Shown here: piece after piece, positions 27,956 through 37,589 of the stretch
Layout: each line of letters begins with the position of its first letter
Numbering within the stretch: position 1 is the stretch's first letter
Origin: Candidatus Poseidoniaceae archaeon
GTDB taxonomy: Archaea; Thermoplasmatota; Poseidoniia; Poseidoniales; Poseidoniaceae
DNA length: 64,000 nt
Reading direction: 5' to 3'
Assembly: GCA_964228815.1 (NCBI GenBank)
Contig: CAXRAL010000009.1
Coordinates: 5,377 to 69,376 of the forward strand
The notes under the pieces: model-generated
What the model was told of the DNA's origin: nothing
The model's database searches: none
What the model saw: only the letters and a program-made list of their open reading frames with translations
Translations under genes and position numbers: made by a program

Positions 27956-28428
27956 AGGACGTTGTGAACCAATTCGTCCAGGTCCTGCGGTCGACCGCAA
28001 TAGTGGCAACGCAGTTCCAGCGGTGAACGCGCAACAACCTTGAGTCGGTGCGCCAAAGGTTCCCGTGGGTTGGTCGTGATGCAATTGGAAAAGGTGCAAC
28101 GAACCACGTTGGTGATTTCATCACCCAATTCAATGGTCAACTTCTCAGCGACGCTGTAGGCACGGATGATGGCAACGTGTGCATCAGGGGCCACCAAGGC
28201 GAGTCGGTTCAGCTCGTCCTGGTTGAGTTCGCGGTCCTCGACTTTGATGATGTCCTTCGTTCCTTTCTTCTTTGAGGGGACGTTCATTACCAGCGACACG
28301 GGAACGGAGGTGCCTCTGTTGATGCCCAACATTTCCAAGACGCGCATGGCTTGGCCGGCGGGAATGTGGTCGATGACGGTGCCGTTTCGGATGGCGGTTA
28401 CACGGCGCATGTTGTGTTCTTGGGACAT
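27952..28428 (-). CDS. pyrI: Aspartate carbamoyltransferase regulatory subunit
   Basis: VTAIRNGTVIDHIPAGQAMRVLEMLGI is followed by the C-terminal zinc domain CTFSNCITTN...LRCHYCGR. The start overlaps the pyrB stop by 1 nt. Confidence 0.93.
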   Translation of the reverse strand: MSQEHNMRRVTAIRNGTVIDHIPAGQAMRVLEMLGINRGTSVPVSLVMNVPSKKKGTKDIIKVEDRELNQDELNRLALVAPDAHVAIIRAYSVAEKLTIELGDEITNVVRCTFSNCITTNPREPLAHRLKVVARSPLELRCHYCGRPQDLDELVHNVL

Positions 28429-29369
28429 CAGACATCACCTCCAATGGTGGCGGGAACCTCGATGTTTAACAGCCTGCAAAGGAGGGCCATCCGAGCGACA
28501 ACACCGTTGAACGCCTGTTCGAAATAGCGTGCGTGACGGGTAGCATCAACGGAGGGGTGAATCTCGTCCACGCGCGGCAGTGGATGCATGATGATCATGT
28601 TCTCCTTCGCTCCCTCGAGGTTTGAGGCATGGAGTTTGTAGGCTCCTGCTACCTTGGTGTATTCGTCTTCATCAGCGAAACGTTCCTTCTGGATGCGGGT
28701 CATGTAGACCACATCGGCCGACGCAATGGAGCCCAGCAGGTCATCGGTTTCGGTGACGTTCGCACCGTGAGCAGTGAGGTCCGAAACGATTTCTCGTGGC
28801 ATCTTGAGCAATTCAGGACTGGCGAAGATGAGTTCACATCCAAATCGCGTCAAGGCGTGGCTCAGGGAGTGGACGGTTCGTCCATAGCGCAAATCGCCGG
28901 CGAGGATGACTTTGAGGCCGTCAAGACGACCGTGGGCTTGTCGAATGGTGAACAGGTCAAGCATGGTTTGCGTGGGGTGGTGCCCAGCGCCGTCGCCGCC
29001 GTTGAGAATCGGGACACGTGCGGCGTCTTGTGCATACTGTGCAGCACCTTGCCGTGGGTGGCGCATCGCAATGATGTCGGTGTAGCCGTCCACCATCTGG
29101 ATGGTATCAAACAGGGTTTCGCCTTTGACCACGGAGGATGTCTTGACATCGCCCAAGTTCACGACATCGCCGCCCAAGCGCTTCATGGCCGTTTCAAACG
29201 ACATACGAGTTCGGGTGCTGGGTTCAAAGAACAGGTTCCCGAGGATTTTCCCTTGGAGCAGCGGGAGGTAATGGTTGCCTTTGGCCACGGGCAACAGGCG
29301 CTCTGCATCGTCAAGGATGCTCAAGATGTCTTCGTTGGACAAGTCGTCCATGGTAATGAGTCCCGGCAT
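28428..29369 (-). CDS. pyrB: Aspartate carbamoyltransferase catalytic subunit
   Basis: The motifs FFEPSTRTRMSFE, HPTQ and HPLPRVDEI are present. The ATG at 29369 (MPGLITMDDL...) is preferred over the ORF-track start at 29405. Confidence 0.95.
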   Translation of the reverse strand: MPGLITMDDLSNEDILSILDDAERLLPVAKGNHYLPLLQGKILGNLFFEPSTRTRMSFETAMKRLGGDVVNLGDVKTSSVVKGETLFDTIQMVDGYTDIIAMRHPRQGAAQYAQDAARVPILNGGDGAGHHPTQTMLDLFTIRQAHGRLDGLKVILAGDLRYGRTVHSLSHALTRFGCELIFASPELLKMPREIVSDLTAHGANVTETDDLLGSIASADVVYMTRIQKERFADEDEYTKVAGAYKLHASNLEGAKENMIIMHPLPRVDEIHPSVDATRHARYFEQAFNGVVARMALLCRLLNIEVPATIGGDV

Positions 29370-29497
29370 GGTGTTCCCTCGGTTGAGAATACAACCCGAT
29401 AACACCCTTGAACCTTGCCGCTGGTTTGCTTTGAGGTTGGCCTGCGAGCGGACAGGTTATCGGAGTGATTATGGGGGAATCACGATGAGGACTCCGC

Positions 29498-31255
29498 ATG
29501 GTAACCTGGGCGGATGCGGATGCAGCCGTTGAAGCCGAGCGGGCTGTTCGCATCAAGCGAGTGGAAAATGCCACCCTTGTGTCTGCTCTCACCTTGTTGC
29601 TTTGTGCCGTGTGGCTGGCCTGGCCATCCATTCGCGGATTGAGCAACGGCGACGGCGTCGTCCTCGCAAGTTTTGGTGCACCGCTCCTCGTGCTCATCTG
29701 GGGTATTTTCGTTCAAGATTTGACCCTCGACGACGGCGCAGCCCGGTCCCGAGTCGCTTCGGCGACCTCGGTTGCGTGGCCGCTGCTGATGTGCCTCGGC
29801 GCCCTTGGATTCGAGGGGGATGTTCCTGCGATGGCCGGCAGTGGGTTGGTGCTCCTCTCCGGTGTTATGTGCAGGCAACTCTCTCATCGGACGATGCGTG
29901 GAAATTTCGGCGTCCTCCGCTACCGAGCCATTTTGACCGGCATTGGTACACTGTCTGCGCTGGCCCTCACGCTCACCGCTGGCGAAACGCTGACTGAGCC
30001 GCCGATGATGCTGGCGCTTGGCATATCTGCGTTTGCGATGGCCGACACCGCCTACACGTGGACGGTAGGGGACGACCAGAAGGCTGAACGAAAGCGTTTC
30101 AGACAACGCCTCGACCGATTGGAAACGCGATTGTTGGAACTCAAGGCTCAAGGAGCCGCTGTCGCCCAGGCAGCCAGCCTGTTAACCACGGCCAAGGAAG
30201 AGGGTCATCTGGATCCGGATTACGGCATGCGTCTCCTCGACGAAAGCGAGGAGGACATGGAACGCGCCCTTTCCTTCGCAGACGATGTGGAAATCATCCG
30301 TCAAGACGCCTTGACCGCGGTTGAACAGGCCGAGTCGATTGCACCCACGGTCAAACGCCCCCGGAAAGCCTACGAGATGGGTGAGCGCGAGGTCAAACTC
30401 GGCTCGCTACGAGAAGGAGAACAACTCTACCGTCAGGCCAAGAAGCGTGCCTCTGAGACCGTCACGTGGTGGGCAAAAGCCGAGGAAGCCATCCTTGAAG
30501 CAACCCGGGCATTGGACGGAAAAGACGGTGCTGGTGCCAACCAACTTCGCGAAGTGTTGTCCGAGGCGAAGGCTCAACTTGCAAGAGAGCAACCGAAGGA
30601 GGCGTACGAAATCGCCATTGTGATTCTGCCTCAATTGGACGCCGATGCGGATGCTATCGTACGTGCTGAACAATCGGTTGAGGAGGCCGTTCGTAGCGTT
30701 GCGCAGAGTGATGGCCTCGACACATCGGAGATGGAAGCTCGGTTGGAACAGGCGTCGGAAGCCTTGGCAAGCGGCAACGCCAGCCAAGCCATCGGGTTGG
30801 CTGACGGCGTGGTTCGTACGCTCGAGCGGGAGCGCGCTGCGATGGATGATGTCTTGCGTGCGCTGAAGCAGAAAAAGAAACTCAAGCAACGATACGAGGG
30901 CCGCGAGGATAAGGACCGTTGGGAGGCGATGCTGAGCGACATCGTCGCCGCCGCCGACGATAGGATTTGGAGCCATGCTGCGATGTTGCTGGAGCAGATG
31001 ACGACGGCCTTGGACCGGGACGGCCATGCGCTTGAAGAGGCCAGGGAACTCTACGATTTCGTAGCCCAGCAATGGGCCGTGCTTCGCAATCAGTGCGAGG
31101 CTGCTCACATCAAGGCCACGGACGAAGATCGTCGGGCGGTCGAGGAAGCGGTGGCCAAGGCTGAGGCACACCTCGACGTGGCTCGCCTTGAGGATGCCTT
31201 GGATGCCTTGGGTGTCGCTGACGGTGCAATGGAACGCCTACGTCGTCGCATTTGA
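29498..31255 (+). CDS. Membrane protein with about 6 N-terminal TM helices and a long Ala/Glu/Arg-rich helical-repeat C-terminal domain, hypothetical
   Basis: 585-aa ORF. The N-terminal third is hydrophobic. The C-terminal roughly 380 aa are made of recurring helical units of about 45-60 aa (for example EEAILEATRALDG, LSEAKAQLAREQPKEAYEIA, LEQASEALASGNASQAIGLA, VEEAVAKAEAHLDVARLEDALDAL). Confidence 0.55.
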   Translation: MVTWADADAAVEAERAVRIKRVENATLVSALTLLLCAVWLAWPSIRGLSNGDGVVLASFGAPLLVLIWGIFVQDLTLDDGAARSRVASATSVAWPLLMCLGALGFEGDVPAMAGSGLVLLSGVMCRQLSHRTMRGNFGVLRYRAILTGIGTLSALALTLTAGETLTEPPMMLALGISAFAMADTAYTWTVGDDQKAERKRFRQRLDRLETRLLELKAQGAAVAQAASLLTTAKEEGHLDPDYGMRLLDESEEDMERALSFADDVEIIRQDALTAVEQAESIAPTVKRPRKAYEMGEREVKLGSLREGEQLYRQAKKRASETVTWWAKAEEAILEATRALDGKDGAGANQLREVLSEAKAQLAREQPKEAYEIAIVILPQLDADADAIVRAEQSVEEAVRSVAQSDGLDTSEMEARLEQASEALASGNASQAIGLADGVVRTLERERAAMDDVLRALKQKKKLKQRYEGREDKDRWEAMLSDIVAAADDRIWSHAAMLLEQMTTALDRDGHALEEARELYDFVAQQWAVLRNQCEAAHIKATDEDRRAVEEAVAKAEAHLDVARLEDALDALGVADGAMERLRRRI

Positions 31256-33784
31256 TCATGCATCGAGCAGCCCGAGTTTTTTCGCTGCACCGATATCAAT
31301 GTTGGACGGGAGGCCGAGGTCGACCGGCATACCGGAGATGGTGATGGTGAGGCCACAGAGGTGGGTGTACAAACCGAGCGGCACCTCGTCGGGTAGTTGC
31401 TTGTAGGCCTTCTTTCCGGCGGGCTTGCTCACGCCATGTTCACCGAGTAAAAGGGACCAGGCGTTCGCCTTGAGGGCGTGTTGCTTGAGTTCTTGCGTGT
31501 CGAGAACGGGTGCCACAGCAACGTTGTGCAAGGGCCAAGCGTGTTTCCAATCGGTCTCACGTTCAATGACCCAATGGATCTTGGTGGGCTCGGAGGGTGG
31601 ATGCGTGGCCTTTCCAAGCAAGGCCAGTTGATGAAGCACGGCCCTGACATGCGGGTGGCGAGGATAGTCCTTGGCGAGTTCTTTCACGGTGTTGATGGCC
31701 GTTAACGAGCGTCCGTCGTCAAAATTCAACAAGGCTTGAACCAGTCTTCCCTGAACCCACGTGGATTCATCCATCGTGCTCATCGTTCGCTCAAGGTGAT
31801 TGAGCGCTTCTTCGCTTCGTCTCATCATGCGTAATCGGGCGATTTCAGCCAGGTACATGGCGCGTTGGGCGGGTTGACGAACATGACCGCTTCGAAGGGT
31901 GGTCCCCCCTTGCTCGAATTCCTTGAGCATCCGAATGTTGTCCTTGCGGAGCGGATCGACGCTCAGCATGGATTGACCGTCTCGGTCAAGGTGTTGCTTG
32001 CCTGTGAGAAGACTGGCCACCCAGCGTAATCGGACCGCTTCCACGTCGTCGTTGTTCAGGAGGGCCAACCGAGGAACGGCTTCCTGATAGTCTCGTTGAG
32101 CCAAACTGGCAGCACAGAGCACGAGTCGGGCAGTTTGCGCGTCCCGTCCGCCCTGGAGTGCGAGAAGGTCCACCGCCATCTCTTCGGCTTCGTCCCATCG
32201 ACCCAAACCGACGTGCAGCAACATCTTGGCTTGGGTTGACCGAATCATGTCCAAGCCCACGAGCATGGCTTCTTGGCCTTGCGTCGAAGCCTCAAACCGT
32301 TCAATCGCCGTGTTCCAGTTGTCGTTGCCGAGTAGTTCTGCCGTCGGGCGTTGTTTGAGGTAAATCATGTCGCTCATGCCTCGCAGGCGGGTCCGGTCTT
32401 CATCCATTGAGGCGTCAAAGGTGATTTCGTCGAGTTGGGTGGACCGGCTGCGGGACAGACCCCACACCACCAAGAACGCAACTTGACCGGCCGATGCCAA
32501 CATCCACGTCAACTGCTCGAGCATGTCTTTTTCAAAGACCGCACAGACATCGGCCTCCCATTCACCGCACTGTGCGCCTTGGGGCAGGAAACTGGAGTCC
32601 CAGAAGGTGATCATCGCCAACGCTAGCAGCAGCATGGATTGGCCCGCAAAACCGGTGAAACAGAAATTCAGCACGTGGGCTTGCTGGATGGGCTCGGCGC
32701 GCAGTAAACGACTGTCTGCCAGCCGGATACCGCCCCGTCCGGAAACATCCTGAATGTCAAGGAACAGGATGCGGGCCACTTCGTACACGAAAAGGAAGCC
32801 TATGGCGGCGACGTTGAGCAAAAGGAACAGCAACAGGGTCGTGACGATGGGCACGCGAATCCCCGCCTGGGGGATGTGGGAAAACAGCTCAATGAGGCCG
32901 AACCCGAGCAGCCCCCCTTCTTCCATGTAGGTTGATTGAAGACGGTATTCCGGGAGGTTGAGCACGCGGTCCGAATGCACAAACATGTCCGGGTTGTAGG
33001 CCAGAAGGATCAACGAGAGGAGGGTGTTGGCGGCGACAAACGGCATCACCACCAAGTTGAGATGTACCACCTGAGCGACAAATTGCTGCCGTGCGTTCGG
33101 GAGATGGTTGTGGAACGGCGAAGCCCGCCCCTTGGCAATTTGTTCGGACGACTGTTTCAGGGCGTGCCACGACGAACCGAGCACCCTGCCGTAGGCGAGG
33201 ATGGCGGGGCTGAACGCAACGAGCGCCACGGTGCTGTAGAGAGTCGTAGACGAAACATCGCGTGTCATCAATACCGCTCCAATCCCCATGGCGAGCAGCA
33301 ACCATGCCACGGTGAGCGCGAAGTACGAGGCGTTTCGAAGGGTGGAATTGCTTTGAAGCGAGGCCCTGCTTACACCGTGGGGTTTGATGATTTGAGCGCC
33401 CAGCGACGTCCCGCTTGAAACAACAGCGGGGATGACGATGAGCACCAGGGCAAAGGCGACGGAAGGCGCGTGGTACCCCGCTGAATTCCCTGCTCGGAAA
33501 TTGAGGAACTCAAACAACAACACGAGCGAGCCGGTCAAGGCCATCAAGTAGGAGGCAACACCGAGCCGTGTGCCTCGTCGTGCCAGCAATTTGCGTACGT
33601 CCTCCACCGTGGAGGTCACTTGATGGACTTCGTAGGTGCGAGGTCCGGTGGGAAACGCGACCTGCAGCCCTTTCAGTTGGCGTGGAACCACGTTGTGCCA
33701 GAAGAACGCTGCCGTCAGGATGGCCAAGAACAGGGGCGCAATCATATCACCCTCGTAGGCGTGGACGATGGACGGGGATGTCAT
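31256..33784 (-). CDS. Large polytopic membrane protein with a C-terminal TPR-like domain, hypothetical
   Basis: 842-aa ORF. About 10-12 hydrophobic helices occupy the first roughly 470 aa. Helical-repeat sequence follows (LLHVGLGRWDEAEEMAVDLLAL, LAQRDYQEAVPRLALL, MRRSEEALNHLERT). Its stop is immediately adjacent to the stop of the convergent gene 29498..31255. Confidence 0.55.
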   Translation of the reverse strand: MTSPSIVHAYEGDMIAPLFLAILTAAFFWHNVVPRQLKGLQVAFPTGPRTYEVHQVTSTVEDVRKLLARRGTRLGVASYLMALTGSLVLLFEFLNFRAGNSAGYHAPSVAFALVLIVIPAVVSSGTSLGAQIIKPHGVSRASLQSNSTLRNASYFALTVAWLLLAMGIGAVLMTRDVSSTTLYSTVALVAFSPAILAYGRVLGSSWHALKQSSEQIAKGRASPFHNHLPNARQQFVAQVVHLNLVVMPFVAANTLLSLILLAYNPDMFVHSDRVLNLPEYRLQSTYMEEGGLLGFGLIELFSHIPQAGIRVPIVTTLLLFLLLNVAAIGFLFVYEVARILFLDIQDVSGRGGIRLADSRLLRAEPIQQAHVLNFCFTGFAGQSMLLLALAMITFWDSSFLPQGAQCGEWEADVCAVFEKDMLEQLTWMLASAGQVAFLVVWGLSRSRSTQLDEITFDASMDEDRTRLRGMSDMIYLKQRPTAELLGNDNWNTAIERFEASTQGQEAMLVGLDMIRSTQAKMLLHVGLGRWDEAEEMAVDLLALQGGRDAQTARLVLCAASLAQRDYQEAVPRLALLNNDDVEAVRLRWVASLLTGKQHLDRDGQSMLSVDPLRKDNIRMLKEFEQGGTTLRSGHVRQPAQRAMYLAEIARLRMMRRSEEALNHLERTMSTMDESTWVQGRLVQALLNFDDGRSLTAINTVKELAKDYPRHPHVRAVLHQLALLGKATHPPSEPTKIHWVIERETDWKHAWPLHNVAVAPVLDTQELKQHALKANAWSLLLGEHGVSKPAGKKAYKQLPDEVPLGLYTHLCGLTITISGMPVDLGLPSNIDIGAAKKLGLLDA

Positions 33785-33790
33785 GCTGCT

Positions 33791-35815
33791 TCACTCGGAT
33801 GACGGGGGAACAAGGGAGGGTTGAGGTGTTTTTTCGCTGATTTCGCGAGCGATGTCGTCAATGAAGGTTGCCAACGGAATGCCGGCGACTTGATCGCCGT
33901 TTCGGGCTCGGAGACTGACCGTCTCGTTCTGCACCTCCTCATCACCGAGAATGATGAGGTAGGCGGGCTGGAGTTTGCGGTGGTTCCTGATTTTCTTCAT
34001 GATGTTGTTGTCGGAGTCATCGAGTTCAACGCGAACACCTGCCTCACGCAAGCCTTCAGCAACCCTACCGGCGTAGTCGGCGTGCTCCTCACGGATGGTG
34101 ATGACGTGACATTGTGTTGGTGTGAGCCACGTTGGGAAGCGCCCGGCAAAGTGTTCGATAAGCACGCCGCAAAATCGCTCCATGGAGCCGAACGGGGCGC
34201 GATGGATCATCACTGGCCGGTGGAGCTCACCATCTCGGCCTTTGTAGGTCAGGTCAAACCGCTCGGGAAGGTTGTAATCCACCTGAACGGTGCCAAGTTG
34301 CCATTCTCTGCCGATCACGTCTTTGACCACGAAGTCGATTTTTGGACCGTAGAACGCTGCTTCACCTTCTTCTTCAGACCATGCCACACCGAGTGACTGT
34401 GCAGCCGCCCTGCAGGCTTCTTCGGCTTTGTCCCAGCGCTTGGGGTCGCCGACGTACTTGGAGGAGTCCGGGTCCCGCAGACCCACTCGAACACGGTAGT
34501 CTTCCATGCCGAGTTTGTCGAAGATGATCTGCACGAGTTCGATGCACCCAAGCACTTCCTCGGCCAATTGGTCTTCGGTGACGAACAAATGTGCGTCGTC
34601 TTGGGTAAATCCACGCACTCGAGTCATTCCGGAAATCTCCCCGGATTGCTCCCACCTGTAGACGGTGCCGAATTCAGCCAAGCGCAACGGGAGGTTACGG
34701 TACGAGCGTGCTTGGCTGGCGTAAATCTTCACGTGATGAGGGCAGTTCATCGGTTTGAGCATGTAGCCATCAATTTCACCGGCTTTCATCATGTTGGATA
34801 ATTCGCCGCACGTGCAGCCTTCGTCAGCCAGTTTTTTCATGAGGTCGCGCTCGACGAGCGGCGGGTACTGCGAATCTTGGTAGTACGGGAAATGACCAGA
34901 GGTTCGGTAGAGATCCAACTTTCCAATGTGCGGTGTGAAGACCTGCGAATAGCCTTGTCTTCGGAGGTGGTGGGAAATGAAATCCTGCAGTTCTTGACGG
35001 ACGATGGCGCCACGAGGCGTCCAAAGGATGAGGCCCTGACCGACCTCTTCGTCGATGTGGAAGAGTTGCAGGTCCTTGCCCAGCTTTCGGTGGTCTCGCT
35101 TTTTGGCCTCCTCAAGTCGCGTCATCGTTGCCTTGAGGGCCTCTTTGGTCGGCTCAACCATGCCGTAGATACGGACCAATTGCTCACGGTCTTGGTCGCC
35201 TCGCCAGTACGCCGTGGACACGGAGGTCAATCGCACAAACATCAGTTTGGCCGTGCTTGGCACGTGGGGGCCGAGGCACAGGTCGTACCATTCGCCTTGC
35301 TTGTAAATGGTTGAACCGTCACCGGCTTCCAGTTTGTCGTCAATGATTTCGAGTTTGTATGGATTTGATTCAAAGTGTTCACGAAGCGTTGTTTGGTCGA
35401 GGTCGACCCGCTCAACCGTCAGGTTCCGTCGAGCGATTTCGTGCATTTTCTTCTCGATGGCTTTCAAGTCGCCCTGGGTAATGGGTTCCATCGCGAAGTC
35501 GTAGTAGAAGCCTCGGTCAATGGCCGGGCCAATCGTGGGCAAGGCGCCAGGGTACAGCGCCATCACCGCTTGAGCGAGCAAGTGGGCGGCCGAGTGACGA
35601 AGGATGTGCATGCCTTCATCCGACTCGGAGAGGATCCCTTCTACGGAGCAATTGTCGTCCAACGTCGTGGACAGGTCGCACTCTTGACCGTCCACTTTGG
35701 CAGCGAGGCAACCGTGTTTTTTCCCGAGTGCATCGGTGATGACCTCGCCACAGGTGATTCCGGCGGCGTATTCGTTCACCGTACCATCGGGCAGCGTGAT
35801 GTGAATCATCGTCAT
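33791..35815 (-). CDS. thrS: Threonyl-tRNA synthetase (full-length, TGS + second additional domain + class II core + anticodon-binding)
   Basis: The TGS N-terminus is MIHITLPDGTVNEYAAGITCGEV. HSAAHLLAQAV is present, as are the class II motifs (FGTVYRWEQSG, GFTQDDAHLF). Candidate starts are 35815 (MTMIHI) and 35809 (MIHI). Confidence 0.93.
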   Translation of the reverse strand: MTMIHITLPDGTVNEYAAGITCGEVITDALGKKHGCLAAKVDGQECDLSTTLDDNCSVEGILSESDEGMHILRHSAAHLLAQAVMALYPGALPTIGPAIDRGFYYDFAMEPITQGDLKAIEKKMHEIARRNLTVERVDLDQTTLREHFESNPYKLEIIDDKLEAGDGSTIYKQGEWYDLCLGPHVPSTAKLMFVRLTSVSTAYWRGDQDREQLVRIYGMVEPTKEALKATMTRLEEAKKRDHRKLGKDLQLFHIDEEVGQGLILWTPRGAIVRQELQDFISHHLRRQGYSQVFTPHIGKLDLYRTSGHFPYYQDSQYPPLVERDLMKKLADEGCTCGELSNMMKAGEIDGYMLKPMNCPHHVKIYASQARSYRNLPLRLAEFGTVYRWEQSGEISGMTRVRGFTQDDAHLFVTEDQLAEEVLGCIELVQIIFDKLGMEDYRVRVGLRDPDSSKYVGDPKRWDKAEEACRAAAQSLGVAWSEEEGEAAFYGPKIDFVVKDVIGREWQLGTVQVDYNLPERFDLTYKGRDGELHRPVMIHRAPFGSMERFCGVLIEHFAGRFPTWLTPTQCHVITIREEHADYAGRVAEGLREAGVRVELDDSDNNIMKKIRNHRKLQPAYLIILGDEEVQNETVSLRARNGDQVAGIPLATFIDDIAREISEKTPQPSLVPPSSE

Positions 35816-35830
35816 GCTGTTCGCGCTCCT

Positions 35831-35847
35831 CAACCCCTACGGGGTTG
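35831..35847 (-). promoter_or_regulatory. Perfect 7-bp-stem palindrome CAACCCC-TAC-GGGGTTG just upstream of the thrS start
   Basis: Read directly from the sequence. On the minus strand it is followed by AGGAGCGCGAACAGC and then the ATG at 35815. It lies about 50 nt downstream of the stop of the small acidic ORF. Confidence 0.35.
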
Positions 35848-35896
35848 CCTCCTCGCTATGAATCCCGCGCTTTGTCCCCTGCCGTTGATGAGCGTT

Positions 35897-36220
35897 CTAC
35901 CAGTCCACGTCTAAGTCGTCGCCAGGTTGAGCACTGGGTGATTTGAGCACCTCAGGTGTTGCGGCCGTCGTGGGCGCCGGGGGATCATCAGCGGATGCTT
36001 TGGTTGGCGGTTTGACCGCGAAGGACGTGCGGTCCTCCACGGCGTTGATGCGTTGGTTGTACACGGTCGGGACCGTTGATTGAACCGCTTTTTCTTCCTT
36101 CATTTCCCCCTCTTTTGGTGGATCAGTTGGCATGAGGTTGGTCTCTCCTACCTTCAATTCGGCGAAATCTCGGGCCAAAATGTCGTCAAGGTTCGGTTCG
36201 TCGGACGGCGCCCTTTTCAT
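35897..36220 (-). CDS. Small acidic, Pro/Ala-rich (probably disordered) protein, hypothetical
   Basis: ATG at 36220 (MKRAPSDEPNLDDIL...) is preceded by GGAGGAGGGAGGA. The ORF track gives 35897..36271. The protein has no TM helix and ends in DDLDVDW. Confidence 0.4.
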   Translation of the reverse strand: MKRAPSDEPNLDDILARDFAELKVGETNLMPTDPPKEGEMKEEKAVQSTVPTVYNQRINAVEDRTSFAVKPPTKASADDPPAPTTAATPEVLKSPSAQPGDDLDVDW

Positions 36221-36318
36221 GATGGACCATCCTCCCTCCTCCTCATGAAGGCTCGGGTGGATTGGACCCAAGAACAGTCAAAGCAGGGCTATTTGAGGGA
36301 GAGTCGCCACGCATTAGC

Positions 36319-37503
36319 ATGCGCATCGGCGTGGTGGTCAATCCCGACGCCGGTCTCGGTGGGAAATTAGGGTTCAAAGGCAGCGACGGTCGTGCAGCAG
36401 AAGCCCGGGCGGCCGGAGCTGAAGACCGTGCTGGCCCCCGCATGAATCAGTGCCTTGTCCACCTCGCCGATCTCGCTTCGTCGTCGCTTAATCGAACGGG
36501 GGTTCAGTTGACCCTTGTGGCTTGGGAGGGCCGCATGGGTGGCACCTGGGTGCCGGGCCTCGGGGATGAGCGCCACGTAGCGTTGACCACCATGGGGTCT
36601 ACTCCTGCCAGCACGGCACCGGAGGACACGGCGAGGTTGGTGAGCGAACTTGTTGAGGCCGGTGTTGAAGCCATCCTCTACGCCGGTGGCGACGGAACAA
36701 CCCGCGACATCGTGAACGCCTTGGAAGCCGCAGGCCCGGAGGCGCAAACCATTGCTCTCATCGGTGTCCCTGGCGGCGTGAAGATGCACTCGGGCTGCTT
36801 CGCCACCACACCAAAGGCTGCTGCAGAGGTGGCTTTGGCCTTCGCACTCGGCGACCTTCGCACGGCCATCACCGAGGTCATGGATCTTGACGAAACGGTC
36901 TACGCCAAGGGGGAATGGAAGGTGCGCATGTACGGTGAGGCGTGGACGCCTTCTTCCCCACGGTTCATGCAGGGCGCCAAGGAGCAGGTGGAGCGTGTGA
37001 GTGAGGAAGATACCATCGAAGGTTTGGCCCACCACGTCAGTACCTTGCTCGAGGACGAGCCCGACCTGATGGTCGTTTGGGGAAGCGGGGGGACCTTGCG
37101 TCGTATGGGCGAACACCTCGACCTTGAATTGACCCTGCTTGGCATTGACATACAGCACGGCGGCACGGTCCACGCTGACTTGAACGAACAGGGGTTGTTG
37201 GAGGTGATCAGCGCTCACACCAACGCCGACGGGCAGCGCCCGCTCCTCCTCTTGCTCTCGCCCATGGGTGGTCAAGGTTTTCTCATCGGACGGGGCAACC
37301 TCCAACTCTCGCCGGATGTGCTCCGCGCCATCGGCCATGGCAACATCTTGGGCGTTGCCACCCCTTCGAAACTCATCGGTTTGGAAGCGGTTCGAATCGA
37401 TACGGGAGACGACGACCTCGATGCCGAGTTCCAAGCCAAGCGATTCATCAAAATCCTCCAGGGCTTCAGGACCACGCGGCTGATCCGTGTGGCTGAACTT
37501 TGA
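36319..37503 (+). CDS. ATP-NAD kinase / diacylglycerol-kinase-fold family protein (AcoX-like)
   Basis: ATG at 36319 gives MRIGVVVNPDAGLGG. The GGDGT motif appears as ILYAGGDGTTRDIVNAL. The length of about 394 aa is typical of the archaeal ATP-NAD kinase-like family. Confidence 0.6.
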   Translation: MRIGVVVNPDAGLGGKLGFKGSDGRAAEARAAGAEDRAGPRMNQCLVHLADLASSSLNRTGVQLTLVAWEGRMGGTWVPGLGDERHVALTTMGSTPASTAPEDTARLVSELVEAGVEAILYAGGDGTTRDIVNALEAAGPEAQTIALIGVPGGVKMHSGCFATTPKAAAEVALAFALGDLRTAITEVMDLDETVYAKGEWKVRMYGEAWTPSSPRFMQGAKEQVERVSEEDTIEGLAHHVSTLLEDEPDLMVVWGSGGTLRRMGEHLDLELTLLGIDIQHGGTVHADLNEQGLLEVISAHTNADGQRPLLLLLSPMGGQGFLIGRGNLQLSPDVLRAIGHGNILGVATPSKLIGLEAVRIDTGDDDLDAEFQAKRFIKILQGFRTTRLIRVAEL

Positions 37504-37589
37504 GGCAGAACTTCGTCCGATTTTGTGAAACATGACTGACATGAATCGTTCTTGTGAATTTCAAATAGCGTCGAGGAGGTCATACCGTT

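Noticed and set aside
35897-36220. Shared acidic C-terminus ending in Asp-Trp in two small hypothetical proteins (DDLDVDW here and FTSDW at 51000..51419), considered as a possible docking motif.
   Set aside because: There are only two instances and a two-residue match. I know of no D-W C-terminal recognition system, and chance cannot be excluded.
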